Positions 56,301 through 64,000 of a DNA stretch of 64,000 nucleotides are shown here, piece after piece. The stretch lies in assembly GCA_944393255.1 (NCBI GenBank), contig CALXZP010000014.1, forward strand, positions 25,514 through 89,513, written 5' to 3'. Each line of letters opens with the position of its first letter. The stretch's first letter is position 1. The notes below the pieces were generated by a model, which saw only the letters and a program-made list of their open reading frames with translations, ran no database searches and was not told the origin of the DNA. The translations under genes and the position numbers were made by a program. Source of the stretch: an uncultured Clostridia bacterium (GTDB taxonomy: Bacteria > Bacillota > Clostridia > UBA1381).

Positions 56301-58508
56301 ATAAGGTTCCTGTCTCTTGACAGCGGAGCAGTTTTGCAGAAGCTTGTGGTTTCGGAAAATACATCGCTCGGCTCGTCCTGCTTCGGTGCGCCGGAAAGCT
56401 ATTATATCGGAAGCGGCAATACGGACGGCGGTCTGATACATTTCGCTCCGGAGGACAGAATAATAGTTCCGGGCAGAGTGGATGCTGCGGAGCAGGGTGA
56501 AACGAGAATAATCGTTTCGGACTCCTGTTCATACATAATAACGGCTGAGGGCGAATTCTCTGAGGACGCGCAGCTGAGCATTAAGCTGAACGGTGAAGAA
56601 GCCGCAGTGCTATCGGATAACGGCGAGGGCATGTACGGTGAATGCGAGCTTGAAGAAGGCGAATACGTGATCACATACGACGTTACAGCCGGAACGGCGG
56701 AAATGAGAAGCCTCCTGTTTACGGCAAACGACGAGAGGATAAAGAATGAGATAATAAACGATGATTTTTCTGACAGCTCTCAGCTTGAGCGATACGAAAC
56801 ATATCTTGAGGACGCGGGGACTTTCTCCCTGTCAAACGGCACGGCGGAAGTGAAGTTCAAAGAGGCTTACAGCTCCAATAACGGTATAAAAACTGACGTG
56901 ACAGATCTTGTAAAAGGTGCGTCCGGCATGGAATTCGGCGCGGCGGCGGATGTGCGCATAACGTACGACTGCACGGCAAAGATCTTCCTTGAGATCGTAT
57001 CCCCGAACGGAACGGTCAAAAAGGTCGATATAGCGTCAAGCAATGAATTTGACGAGAATAAGAATATAAGTCTGAGCGGTGAAGTGGAAAAGGTGGAATT
57101 CCAAAGCTCCGATAAGGTATATCTGTGTATAACACAGTCGAGCGGTCAGGCGTTCTTCGACAATATCCGGCTGTGGTTCTATATGGGTAAGGTGACCGAA
57201 GAGTTTTTCACGCACGACTTCTCCGATGAAGCGCAGGGAGAGCTTTACAGCGTATATGATGAGACCAGAGCACCTAAGGCCTTTGGCGTAAGCGGCGGTG
57301 CGCTAAATGTCGATTACGATGAGGACTGGAACGGAACGAACGGTGTAAAGATAGACGTAACAGAGTATGTGAGCGGTCACAGCGGCGGCGAGTTCAAGGC
57401 ATCGGCCGATCTCACAAGCTGGTTTTACGGTGAAAGCAATGTAGAGATATTCTTTGAGGCGGCAGCGTCTGATGGCAGCAGTACGAAAACGGTCATAGCC
57501 AGCAGATCCGGTTCGGACCTGGGTGCCGGTGAAAAAATGGAGAATATAAACGGCGAGACAGTGCTTGAGTTTGGGGATACGGACAGGGTTTATCTTTGCA
57601 TTACCCATCCCTCCGGCAAGCATGTGATAGATAACGTATCGCTGACGGGTACATATATGAATATGCCGGACGATACGAAAACATATTTATTCGAGCACAG
57701 CTTCAACGCTTATAAAAATGACGAGGCAGGCATGTACGAGCCGTACGAAGCAGCCGGCGGCGTTGTTTCTCCCGGAAATTCACCTGTTTTAAAATATGAA
57801 AACGTAACAGCTCAGACGAGCGGTATAAGGATAGACCTTACAGATAAGTTCGGTCTGAATCCTGAATTGAGCGGACTTACGTTTGGTGCAAGAACAATGA
57901 TCAAGCCCGGATATACATGGTCAGGTTCAAGCAATGTAAAAATATTCTTTGAGGTGATAAGCGGCGGAGATGTGCGTACCGTAGCGCTGGGCGAAGCGAC
58001 TCCGGAAAATTCATCAGCGGCTAACGGAACAGATCCGGACACGGGAGCCGACCTGGGCACTAACTGGCTTACAGAACCTGTTTCGGGCGAAAGCGTGCTT
58101 GAGTTTGGGGAGAATGATACGGTATATTTATGCATAACATCGGATCAGAATCAGCTCTGGCTGGACGATATAGCCGTATATTATATTAAAGATACGTCCG
58201 GTGACGACGATCCGACGCCGCCTGTGTCAAAGGAATTTACAGTATCAGAACCTGTTATGGACGGAAGCGAGACAGCGTCCGTCACGGTAACGAATACGAC
58301 AGATGAGAGCAGAGTGATAGTGATATACTTGGCTCGGTATAATGACGACGGCACACTGCGCGGACTGACAAGGATCGACCGTACCTCAGAAGCAAACAGC
58401 GGAACGCAGAAGATAGAATTTTCTGCATCGGCAGGCGATACGGTGTTCGTATGGGATGACGGTATGAGACCTTATACGCAGGCTGTGGAATTATCGGCCG
58501 CAGAGTAA
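53367..58508 (+). CDS. Secreted multidomain glycoside hydrolase, GH115-like (xylan alpha-glucuronidase family), with three tandem C-terminal modules of about 150-170 aa
   Basis: Signal peptide. AGSDKRGAIYGMFHISELMGVSPWVWYGDV and YRGVFLNDESPSL match my recollection of GH115 signatures. The C-terminal triplicated modules each end ..VYLCIT..DN(I/V). Confidence 0.7.
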   Translation: MKKIISLLTAAAMSASLFAAVSVSAEGIGAEETGADFVIADTAGAADIYVDPNGSEYDGLSLIAEALQSDIELVTGTVPDIVEDPGELGGTAVIAGVVGENEDGLLNTLIEEGKIDVSEIEGGWEQYKIQLVDDPADNVEKAVVIAGSDKRGAIYGMFHISELMGVSPWVWYGDVTPEHMDEVSFSRDELEITSKEPSVKYRGVFLNDESPSLTGWAAEKYGGLNYKFYRDLYECLLRLKANYLWPAMWGERFSTYGLRGLSENDYPYDYPHSYEGLQNADLADKYGIVMGTSHHEPMLRANAEWGDNYKDYIKDSYPDETFPVGTNSTTYWNFQKYPDALTKYWTDSAVRNGGFENVATIGMRSNDDAALEGTMGENVKNLKDVISVQKQIISESVSPDMPTCLVLYKEVEDYWYGGTDDDGVTHVEGLNTWDTLDGTTIMLCDDNYGNVRTLPKEEERDRNGGWGMYYHFDYVGAPNTYKWVATNQLEKTWENMTAAYEYGVREIWVVNVGDFKPMELNTSYFIDLAYDYDKWSGANLTDEYTDLWTEQQFGGRVSEDDVNNISQLLSDYLKLNGARKPEKMFRNTMSLTDYNEAQRVLRNAQSIYDRAYGYYENIPDELKDAYYQLVLYPAAASANITMMCIYSGLNKLYKDSGSVLANTYAALTDECVRRDEDMMTYYNKTMSGGKWNKMQGEKIHVGYTSWDASTYEQPEGDYLTPAAEDALVVNIDGSSSACRADGNSLPVFTSTNRETYAVTVSHKGSGAFDYTAEADKDWIRLDKTSGTVNTGDVIGVSIDWSKVTSDSTGTITVSALGETVSITVNAKAVETAELPEKTYIGKDGVTSILASNYSGISNEEDWIVIDNYGREASSVKARDITADFSSETAPWLEYSLYVPNAGEYTLTAYMSPANPRYRGGRIYYGISVNGGGTQEIPSLIEKFDVGGYAGGVGTWANGVIDNAHITSSKIQLEEGENTIRFLSLDSGAVLQKLVVSENTSLGSSCFGAPESYYIGSGNTDGGLIHFAPEDRIIVPGRVDAAEQGETRIIVSDSCSYIITAEGEFSEDAQLSIKLNGEEAAVLSDNGEGMYGECELEEGEYVITYDVTAGTAEMRSLLFTANDERIKNEIINDDFSDSSQLERYETYLEDAGTFSLSNGTAEVKFKEAYSSNNGIKTDVTDLVKGASGMEFGAAADVRITYDCTAKIFLEIVSPNGTVKKVDIASSNEFDENKNISLSGEVEKVEFQSSDKVYLCITQSSGQAFFDNIRLWFYMGKVTEEFFTHDFSDEAQGELYSVYDETRAPKAFGVSGGALNVDYDEDWNGTNGVKIDVTEYVSGHSGGEFKASADLTSWFYGESNVEIFFEAAASDGSSTKTVIASRSGSDLGAGEKMENINGETVLEFGDTDRVYLCITHPSGKHVIDNVSLTGTYMNMPDDTKTYLFEHSFNAYKNDEAGMYEPYEAAGGVVSPGNSPVLKYENVTAQTSGIRIDLTDKFGLNPELSGLTFGARTMIKPGYTWSGSSNVKIFFEVISGGDVRTVALGEATPENSSAANGTDPDTGADLGTNWLTEPVSGESVLEFGENDTVYLCITSDQNQLWLDDIAVYYIKDTSGDDDPTPPVSKEFTVSEPVMDGSETASVTVTNTTDESRVIVIYLARYNDDGTLRGLTRIDRTSEANSGTQKIEFSASAGDTVFVWDDGMRPYTQAVELSAAE

Positions 58509-58520
58509 TACAGCAGAACA

Positions 58521-58556
58521 GATAAGGGGGCGTGCAGCCCCCTTATCGGGCTTTTT
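58521..58556 (+). terminator. Intrinsic terminator after the GH115 gene
   Basis: ataaggggg-cgtgcag-cccccttat followed by cgggcttttt. Confidence 0.75.
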
Positions 58557-58645
58557 ATGTTCTGTTGTTTGGTCAATTTGCCATATCAGTGCGCCCGCAG
58601 CCTGCGGTCATTTTATGTTGATATATAGAAATTATTAAAAAGGAC

Positions 58646-58674
58646 TTGACAAAACGGGTATTATTGAATATAAT
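58646..58674 (+). promoter_or_regulatory. Consensus sigma-A promoter for the rpmH operon
   Basis: TTGACA (58646-51), a 17-nt spacer, then TATAAT (58669-74). Confidence 0.65.
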
Positions 58675-58755
58675 TAGAACGGTGTCTAATTTTATTTTGG
58701 AAATAAATGCGGCCGATCGGGGCCGCGGAAATATCTACAGGAGGTGTAAAGAACT

Positions 58756-58899
58756 ATGAAAATGACATTTCAGCCGAAGAAAAGGCAGAGAGTAAAGGTA
58801 CACGGCTTCAGAGCAAGAATGGCTACAAAGTCGGGCAGAAAGGTGCTTGCGGCAAGACGTGCAAAGGGCAGGAAAGTCCTCACGACTTCGGATAAATAA
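58756..58899 (+). CDS. rpmH: 50S ribosomal protein L34
   Basis: Own translation, below the ORF-track cutoff: [55 protein letters not shown] sequence. Confidence 0.95.
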   Translation: MKMTFQPKKRQRVKVHGFRARMATKSGRKVLAARRAKGRKVLTTSDK

Positions 58900-59057
58900 A
58901 TGCTAAAGGGACGTCTCGGTATCCGTTTCGGCGGATATTGCCTGAGAGACGCTCTTTTTGTATCACAGCGGAAGAACATATCCGTTTTATATCTGTTTTT
59001 GGTTAGGTAGTTGTGCGGGATCCTTTCCGATCCCGCAGAAAAAGGAGCGTGTTTTGA

Positions 59058-59438
59058 GTGAAAAACACTAAGCCGCTTAAGCTCAATAAGGATTTCAGGA
59101 GATTGTATTCGCGCGGGAGATCGCTTGCGGGAGGTTTTGTCGTTGTATACTGCTCACCCAGCGGCCGCGGCTTCAGCCGGGTCGGGTTCACGGCAAGCAA
59201 ATCGGTAGGCAAGGCGGTGGTGCGGAACAGAACGAAGCGGCTCATGAGGGAAAGCTACAGGCTGCTCGAGGACAGGCTTTTGGGTCATTCGGATATGGTC
59301 GTGGTTGCGCGCAACCGCGCGGCCGGAAAGAGCTTTGCGCAGATATCAAGAGATCTTGAATATGTTATGCGTACGCTCGGTCTGCTCAAAAGCAGCGGAG
59401 CGCCGGACAGGAAAAGACCGGCAGCTGAACAGTTATGA
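59058..59438 (+). CDS. rnpA: Ribonuclease P protein component
   Basis: GTG start. [36 protein letters not shown] motif. Follows rpmH. Confidence 0.9.
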   Translation: MKNTKPLKLNKDFRRLYSRGRSLAGGFVVVYCSPSGRGFSRVGFTASKSVGKAVVRNRTKRLMRESYRLLEDRLLGHSDMVVVARNRAAGKSFAQISRDLEYVMRTLGLLKSSGAPDRKRPAAEQL

Positions 59439-59647
59439 AGAAAATACTTATTTTTTTGATCAAGTTTTACAGACACCGGATCTCACCGCTCAAAAGCTGC
59501 GGATGCTGCAGGTTCATACCTACGTGTTCGCAGTATGCATTGGAGGCGGTAGAAAAATATGGCGCGTTAAAAGGGAGCTGGCTCGCCGTAAGGCGGATCC
59601 TGCGGTGCAGGCCGTTTGGCGGCGGCGGATACGATCCCGTGCCATAA
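59435..59647 (+). CDS. yidD: Membrane protein insertion efficiency factor YidD
   Basis: 70 aa. [26 protein letters not shown] motif. Confidence 0.9.
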   Translation: MKKILIFLIKFYRHRISPLKSCGCCRFIPTCSQYALEAVEKYGALKGSWLAVRRILRCRPFGGGGYDPVP

Positions 59648-59669
59648 CACGTGCCAGAAAGGATATTTT

Positions 59670-60635
59670 ATGTGGCATTATATCGTTATGGGTATGGGCT
59701 GGATCATAAAGACCATTTATGAGCTGGTCCAGAATTATGGCGTTGCGATAATCATATTCACGATACTTATAAAGAGCGCATTGCTGCCTCTCAATATAAA
59801 ATCGCAGAAGGCCATGAGAAAACAGCAGAAGATCCAGCCTATAATGGCGGAGCTTCAGCAGAAATATGCCAACGATCAGGCTAAGCTTCAGCAGGAGATG
59901 TCGAAGCTTTATAAGGAGAATAATGTCAGCATGACGGGCGGATGTCTGCCTGTTCTTATACAAATGCCTATTCTTATCGCATTGTACCAGGCAATAAGAA
60001 GGCCGCTGACGTACATGTTCAATGTACCCTATAAGGATATCCCTGCCGATGTGATCGAGAAGGTGGACAGCCTTAAAAACGCCATGCTTGAAAAGTTCCC
60101 CGATATCGTGGGATCGCTTAAGGACATGGACGCTGCCGCGCTGCTCGATCAGTCGCAGATACAGATCTCGGACTGGGCGCACAGGATATTCGGAAGCGCA
60201 CACGAGTGGTACATCAACTTTAACTTTCTCGGTCTGGATCTTTCGCAGACGCCGTGGTCGGCGTTCAATTATCTGTCGGATATAGGCAGCCATCTGAGCG
60301 TGGTCATGCTTCTTATAATACCGGTGCTTACGCTTGTGACCTCGATAATACAGAACAAGCTGTCTATGCACATGTCCGGACAGGATAAGAATAAGTCGAA
60401 CGATCAGGCCGCGTCTATGAGCAGGGCGATGATATGGATGATGCCGGCGATGTCGGTATATTTCACGCTTATCCTGCCGGCGGGTCTTGGCGTATACTGG
60501 ATCATAAGCAGTTTGATCCAGATAGTTCAGCAGATCATATTATACTATTATTTTGAAAAGAAAGGGGAGGACTTAGTTGTCAAAGTTCCCGAACATAAAC
60601 AGCACCATCATAGAAAAAAAGGCAAAAAGCGTTGA
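59670..60635 (+). CDS. yidC: Membrane protein insertase YidC/Oxa1 family
   Basis: GVAIIIFTILIKSALLPL.., QQKIQPIMAELQQKY, GCLPVLIQMPI and a basic C-tail. Confidence 0.9.
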   Translation: MWHYIVMGMGWIIKTIYELVQNYGVAIIIFTILIKSALLPLNIKSQKAMRKQQKIQPIMAELQQKYANDQAKLQQEMSKLYKENNVSMTGGCLPVLIQMPILIALYQAIRRPLTYMFNVPYKDIPADVIEKVDSLKNAMLEKFPDIVGSLKDMDAAALLDQSQIQISDWAHRIFGSAHEWYINFNFLGLDLSQTPWSAFNYLSDIGSHLSVVMLLIIPVLTLVTSIIQNKLSMHMSGQDKNKSNDQAASMSRAMIWMMPAMSVYFTLILPAGLGVYWIISSLIQIVQQIILYYYFEKKGEDLVVKVPEHKQHHHRKKGKKR

Positions 60636-61566
60636 GGAAGCGATAGCAGAGGCTCTTGCGGAGCTGGGTATAGACAGAGCCGAGGCTTCTATAGAGATCG
60701 TCCAGGAACCGTCAAAGGGCTTTCTGGGGCTCGGCGCGAAGGAAGCGGTCGTTAAGGTAAGCGCGAAGAGCGCGGCAGCCGGAACTTCCGGGGCTGTTAA
60801 GGAGGAATCGGCTGCGGCTGAGGCTCCTGCGGAGCCTGCCGGTACGGAAAAGACCGTAACTGTGAAAGCGGCGTCAAACGGCATCTATTCGGATCCGTCT
60901 CCGGCGGAGAACGCGCGCCGTTTTATAAGCGATATACTCGCTGCTATGGGTCTTGACGTAACGGTCAGCGCTGTTCTTGAGGATGATATAGTAAAGGTAA
61001 ATCTCGAAGGTGAAAATATGGGTATAGTTATAGGCAAGCGCGGAGACACGCTCGACAGCCTGCAATACCTCACCTCTCTTGTGGTAAACCAGACTGCCGA
61101 GGAATATATAAAGATCTCGATAGATACGGAAAATTACAGAGAGAAGCGCTCGGAGGCGCTGGAATCGCTTGCGGACAGGCTCGCGGCAAAGGTCGTGCGT
61201 ACCGGCAAGAAGTTCACTCTTGAGCCGATGAATCCGTATGAGAGACGTATCATCCATTCAAAACTGCAGAATAATGAGGACGTAACAACATTCTCGATAG
61301 GACAGGAGCCGTACAGAAAGGTAGTTATATCTCCGAAGAACCCGAAGCCGTATAATAATAAAAAGAGCGGCTACGGCAAGCCCCGCAGACGCGCTCAGGG
61401 CGGCGGAAGAGGCGGCTACAGCCGTCCGTCGTACGAGAGACGCGAGAATACGGAAAAGAAGAGCAGCGGCAGCACAGCTACATATAAGGCTGATTTCAAG
61501 CCGCAGCAGCACAAGGCTGAATATAAGAACTTTGAGGAGTATCTTGCTGCTCATTCAAAGGATTGA
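60577..61566 (+). CDS. khpB: Jag/KhpB RNA-binding protein (Jag_N, KH, R3H)
   Basis: N-terminal AKSVEEAIAEALAELG, KH-like GKRGDTLDSLQYL, and R3H-like EPMNPYERRIIHSKL. TTG start after a GGGGAGG SD sequence. Confidence 0.85.
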   Translation: MSKFPNINSTIIEKKAKSVEEAIAEALAELGIDRAEASIEIVQEPSKGFLGLGAKEAVVKVSAKSAAAGTSGAVKEESAAAEAPAEPAGTEKTVTVKAASNGIYSDPSPAENARRFISDILAAMGLDVTVSAVLEDDIVKVNLEGENMGIVIGKRGDTLDSLQYLTSLVVNQTAEEYIKISIDTENYREKRSEALESLADRLAAKVVRTGKKFTLEPMNPYERRIIHSKLQNNEDVTTFSIGQEPYRKVVISPKNPKPYNNKKSGYGKPRRRAQGGGRGGYSRPSYERRENTEKKSSGSTATYKADFKPQQHKAEYKNFEEYLAAHSKD

Positions 61567-61574
61567 CGGTCATA

Positions 61575-61625
61575 AAAAACGGTCGCATCTGCCGGGACAT
61601 ACCGGCAGATACGACCGTTTTTATT
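61575..61625. terminator. Bidirectional terminator
   Basis: aaaaacggtcgcatctgccgg-gacata-ccggcagatacgaccgttttt. Confidence 0.8.
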
Positions 61626-62373
61626 ATTTTTCGGTTTCGTTTATTATATATCCCGCGATCTTTTCTATAGTGCGTATAGGCGCGTCCTCGGCTGTGCCCC
61701 ATTCCATGTCCCTGTTGCGGTAATCGAATTTCAGGGTGAATTTATGTATATCGTCCTGGATGCGCTTCAGCTCCGCCGATTGCTTTTTGATGAGCGCGGC
61801 TAAAAATGCGCCGGCATCGGAGCCCTTGAGGCTTTTTGTGCAGCAGTCCGACAGCATTTTGAAGTGGTGCAGGCATACGCCCTTCGATCTGTCGAACTTA
61901 GCGCGGAACGCTTCATCCTTTGCCCACATATAAAGCAGAACGTCTGTATAGCGTTCCATTGTGTGATCTATCTTTTGGCATATCATGCACTGATCCTCTA
62001 CGGAACCGAGAAATCCGGATATATCCCCGGCAGTCTTTTCGGCGCCGTTCTTTTTAAACAGACCTCCGGTCTGCTTTTCAAGAGACTTTGTATCCTTTTC
62101 ATAGCTGCTGAGCTTTTTCCGCAGCTCGTCAAGATGGGTGTCCAGTATAAGTGCGAGAGGGAGCTTGTTCGGCGCTGCGAACATCATTGAAAAATGGCGG
62201 CGGCAGTAACCTTTTTCATTTGATTCCGTCCTGTGATCCGGCTCCATCATCGCCGCGCCCAGAGAATAGCTCACAGCCTCCTTTTCAAGCTCTTTTTCAA
62301 GCTCGCACAGCGGACATTCGCAGTCCTTATCGTAGGCTTCGTTCACCGGTATGGTATAGATCTTTTCCTTCAT
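61624..62373 (-). CDS. Conserved-looking hypothetical Cys/His-rich protein (possibly DUF6062-like; name from memory only)
   Basis: 249 aa. The motif order CECPLC .. CRRH .. CMIC .. CLHH suggests two CxxC + CxxH metal sites. Confidence 0.5.
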   Translation of the reverse strand: MKEKIYTIPVNEAYDKDCECPLCELEKELEKEAVSYSLGAAMMEPDHRTESNEKGYCRRHFSMMFAAPNKLPLALILDTHLDELRKKLSSYEKDTKSLEKQTGGLFKKNGAEKTAGDISGFLGSVEDQCMICQKIDHTMERYTDVLLYMWAKDEAFRAKFDRSKGVCLHHFKMLSDCCTKSLKGSDAGAFLAALIKKQSAELKRIQDDIHKFTLKFDYRNRDMEWGTAEDAPIRTIEKIAGYIINETEK

Positions 62374-62387
62374 AGTGTCATTTCTCC

Positions 62388-63758
62388 TTATCCTCTGAAA
62401 AGCTTCATTGTCTCGCTTATCGTTCTTACTCCGAATACCTTTATCCCGTCCGGGACTTTAGCGCCTCTGAGCGACTGCTTAGGAGCGATAGCCGTTTTAA
62501 AGCCGAGATTGGCTGCCTCTGTGAGCCGTTTTTCTATCTGCGATACCGAACGCAGTTCGCCGCCAAGTCCTACCTCGCCTATAAATATCATGTCGGCAGG
62601 CAGAGCTATGTCCGCCTGGCTCGCGGCTATCGCGGCGCATATGCCGAGGTCTACCGCCGTTTCGTCTATCCTCAGCCCGCCCGCAACGTTTATATATACG
62701 TCCGAGTTTGAAAGGTTCATCCTTGCGCGCTTTTCAAGCACGGCTATCAGCAGGAGAACTCTGTTGAGGTCGATGCCGGAGCTCATTCTGCGCGGATTTC
62801 CGAACCCGGTGGGGGTAACGAGCGCCTGTATTTCGGCAAGGATACCGCGCGTTCCCTCCATAGCGCATACTATCGCGCTGCCCGATATATTTTCCGGACG
62901 TCCCTCAAGCAGCGTTTTTGACGGGTTTGCCACCTCAGCTAAACCTTTATCCCTCATTTCAAAAACGCCTATCTCGTTTGTTGAGCCGAACCTGTTCTTG
63001 ACCGCGCGCAGTATTCTGAAGGAAAGTTGCCTGTCCCCCTCGAAATAAAGCACACAGTCAACCATATGCTCGAGTACGCGCGGTCCGGCAAGCGCGCCGT
63101 CCTTTGTCACGTGTCCGACTATGAACATGGATATGCCCATGGATTTAGCGATACGCATAAACGCGTTCGTGGTCTCCCTAACCTGCGGTACACTGCCGGA
63201 AGCCGAGGCTATGGCCTCGATATGCATTGTTTGTATCGAGTCGATTATAACGATATCCGGTTTTGTATCGGTTATCGCTTCAAGTATCGTTTCAACGTCC
63301 GTTTCGGAAAGAAGATAAAGGTTTTCGCTTTGTACTCCGAGACGTTCTGCGCGCAGCTTGATCTGCGCGGATGATTCCTCTCCGGAAACGTAGAGTATTT
63401 TCTTTGTTTTACCGGTATTTTCACAAATCTGAAGAAGCAGTGTCGATTTGCCGATGCCGGGATCGCCGCCGACCAATATCAGCTCGCCGTTGACAACGCC
63501 CCCGCCGAGAACTCTGTCTAGCTCGCGCATACCGGTTGAAAATCTGGTATCATTGTTATATTTAACGCTGCCCAGCTGTGCGGGACGGTTAAAACTGCTT
63601 TTTACGGGCGTGCTTTTGCGTGCCGAGGCAGAAGCGGGCGCTGGCGTCTCGATAGTTTCATTCAGTGTGTTCCAGTTTCCGCAGCCCGGGCATTTTCCGA
63701 GCCATTTCGGGGATTTGTACCCGCATTCACTGCATATATATGATGATTTTGATCTCAC
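62388..63758 (-). CDS. radA: DNA repair protein RadA/Sms
   Basis: N-terminal zinc ribbon CSECGY..CPGCGNW, Walker A GDPGIGKST, KNRFG, and a Lon-like C-domain. Confidence 0.95.
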   Translation of the reverse strand: MRSKSSYICSECGYKSPKWLGKCPGCGNWNTLNETIETPAPASASARKSTPVKSSFNRPAQLGSVKYNNDTRFSTGMRELDRVLGGGVVNGELILVGGDPGIGKSTLLLQICENTGKTKKILYVSGEESSAQIKLRAERLGVQSENLYLLSETDVETILEAITDTKPDIVIIDSIQTMHIEAIASASGSVPQVRETTNAFMRIAKSMGISMFIVGHVTKDGALAGPRVLEHMVDCVLYFEGDRQLSFRILRAVKNRFGSTNEIGVFEMRDKGLAEVANPSKTLLEGRPENISGSAIVCAMEGTRGILAEIQALVTPTGFGNPRRMSSGIDLNRVLLLIAVLEKRARMNLSNSDVYINVAGGLRIDETAVDLGICAAIAASQADIALPADMIFIGEVGLGGELRSVSQIEKRLTEAANLGFKTAIAPKQSLRGAKVPDGIKVFGVRTISETMKLFRG

Positions 63759-63812
63759 ATCTGTCCTCCGTTAAGGTCATATTTTATTCTGTATCACATG
63801 AAGGTTTATAGA

Positions 63813-64000
63813 TCAATAACAGCTGTGTCCGCCGCAGCCGTGATCGCCGCAGGAGTGTCCTTCGCCGCTGTGCCCATGCCCGTGATGATCGCAGTGCACA
63901 TCGGGATCGAAAGAAAGCTCATTTTTCAAAAAAGCGTTTACAGCGTCGTCCGCATTTCCGCAGACACCGCCGAAAAGACGTATCCCCGCTTCGCTGAGAG
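63813..64000 (-). CDS. Partial CDS (C-terminal end only) with a His/Cys-rich metal-binding-type tail
   Basis: Own translation: ..LSEAGIRLFGGVCGNADDAVNAFLKNELSFDPDVHCDHHGHGHSGEGHSCGDHGCGGHSCY*. The N-terminus lies outside the window. Confidence 0.5.
   Translation of the reverse strand, partial: LSEAGIRLFGGVCGNADDAVNAFLKNELSFDPDVHCDHHGHGHSGEGHSCGDHGCGGHSCY

Noticed and set aside
58509-58755. oriC / DnaA-box cluster upstream of rpmH.
   Set aside because: No TTATCCACA or one-mismatch variants were seen on either strand. There is no AT-rich unwinding element beyond a normal promoter, and no strand switch in gene orientation.

Overview
This window looks like a chromosomal segment from a spore-forming Firmicute. 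It is Clostridia-like; an Oscillospiraceae/Ruminococcaceae-type origin is only a guess from gene content and GC. Most of it is core housekeeping sequence, transcribed mainly on the + strand.

Core genes, in order:
- comEC, holA, pepD, trpF, secG, hflX, trxA, argD and argF
- mntP, ftsH, birA, htpG and spo0A
- a D-Ala-D-Ala carboxypeptidase, an OmpR-type two-component system and a GerMN protein
- zapA, a U32 peptidase, and maf-mreBCD-PBP2-minCD-mgsA
- a Fur/PerR regulator with reverse rubrerythrin, an alpha/beta SASP (missed by the ORF track), tRNA-Asp and hsp20
- an AraC regulator with a 1713-aa GH115-like glycosidase
- rpmH (also missed by the track)-rnpA-yidD-yidC-jag, then radA

Two stretches look accessory and are visibly more AT-rich:
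- About 15.3-22.9 kb: a BlaI/BlaR1-like module with an SLH/copper-amine-oxidase-like protein, followed by a 1019-aa SLH surface protein.
- About 29.2-33.3 kb: a decayed integrative element wedged between the convergent spo0A and dacB-like genes. It is bracketed by a two-block inverted repeat. It carries frameshifted or stop-interrupted transposon genes and an intact MarR-SDR pair.

I did not find a convincing new multi-gene system such as a defence or biosynthetic cluster. The most unusual items are:
- a tandem 103-bp element at 7508-7713 whose substitution pattern preserves hairpin stems
- the bracketed element remnant next to spo0A
- perfect CIRCE operators in front of htpG and hsp20
- a perfect WalR-type direct repeat on the promoter of an SH3b protein gene

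All family assignments come from reading the translations and recalling motifs. No database search was run.
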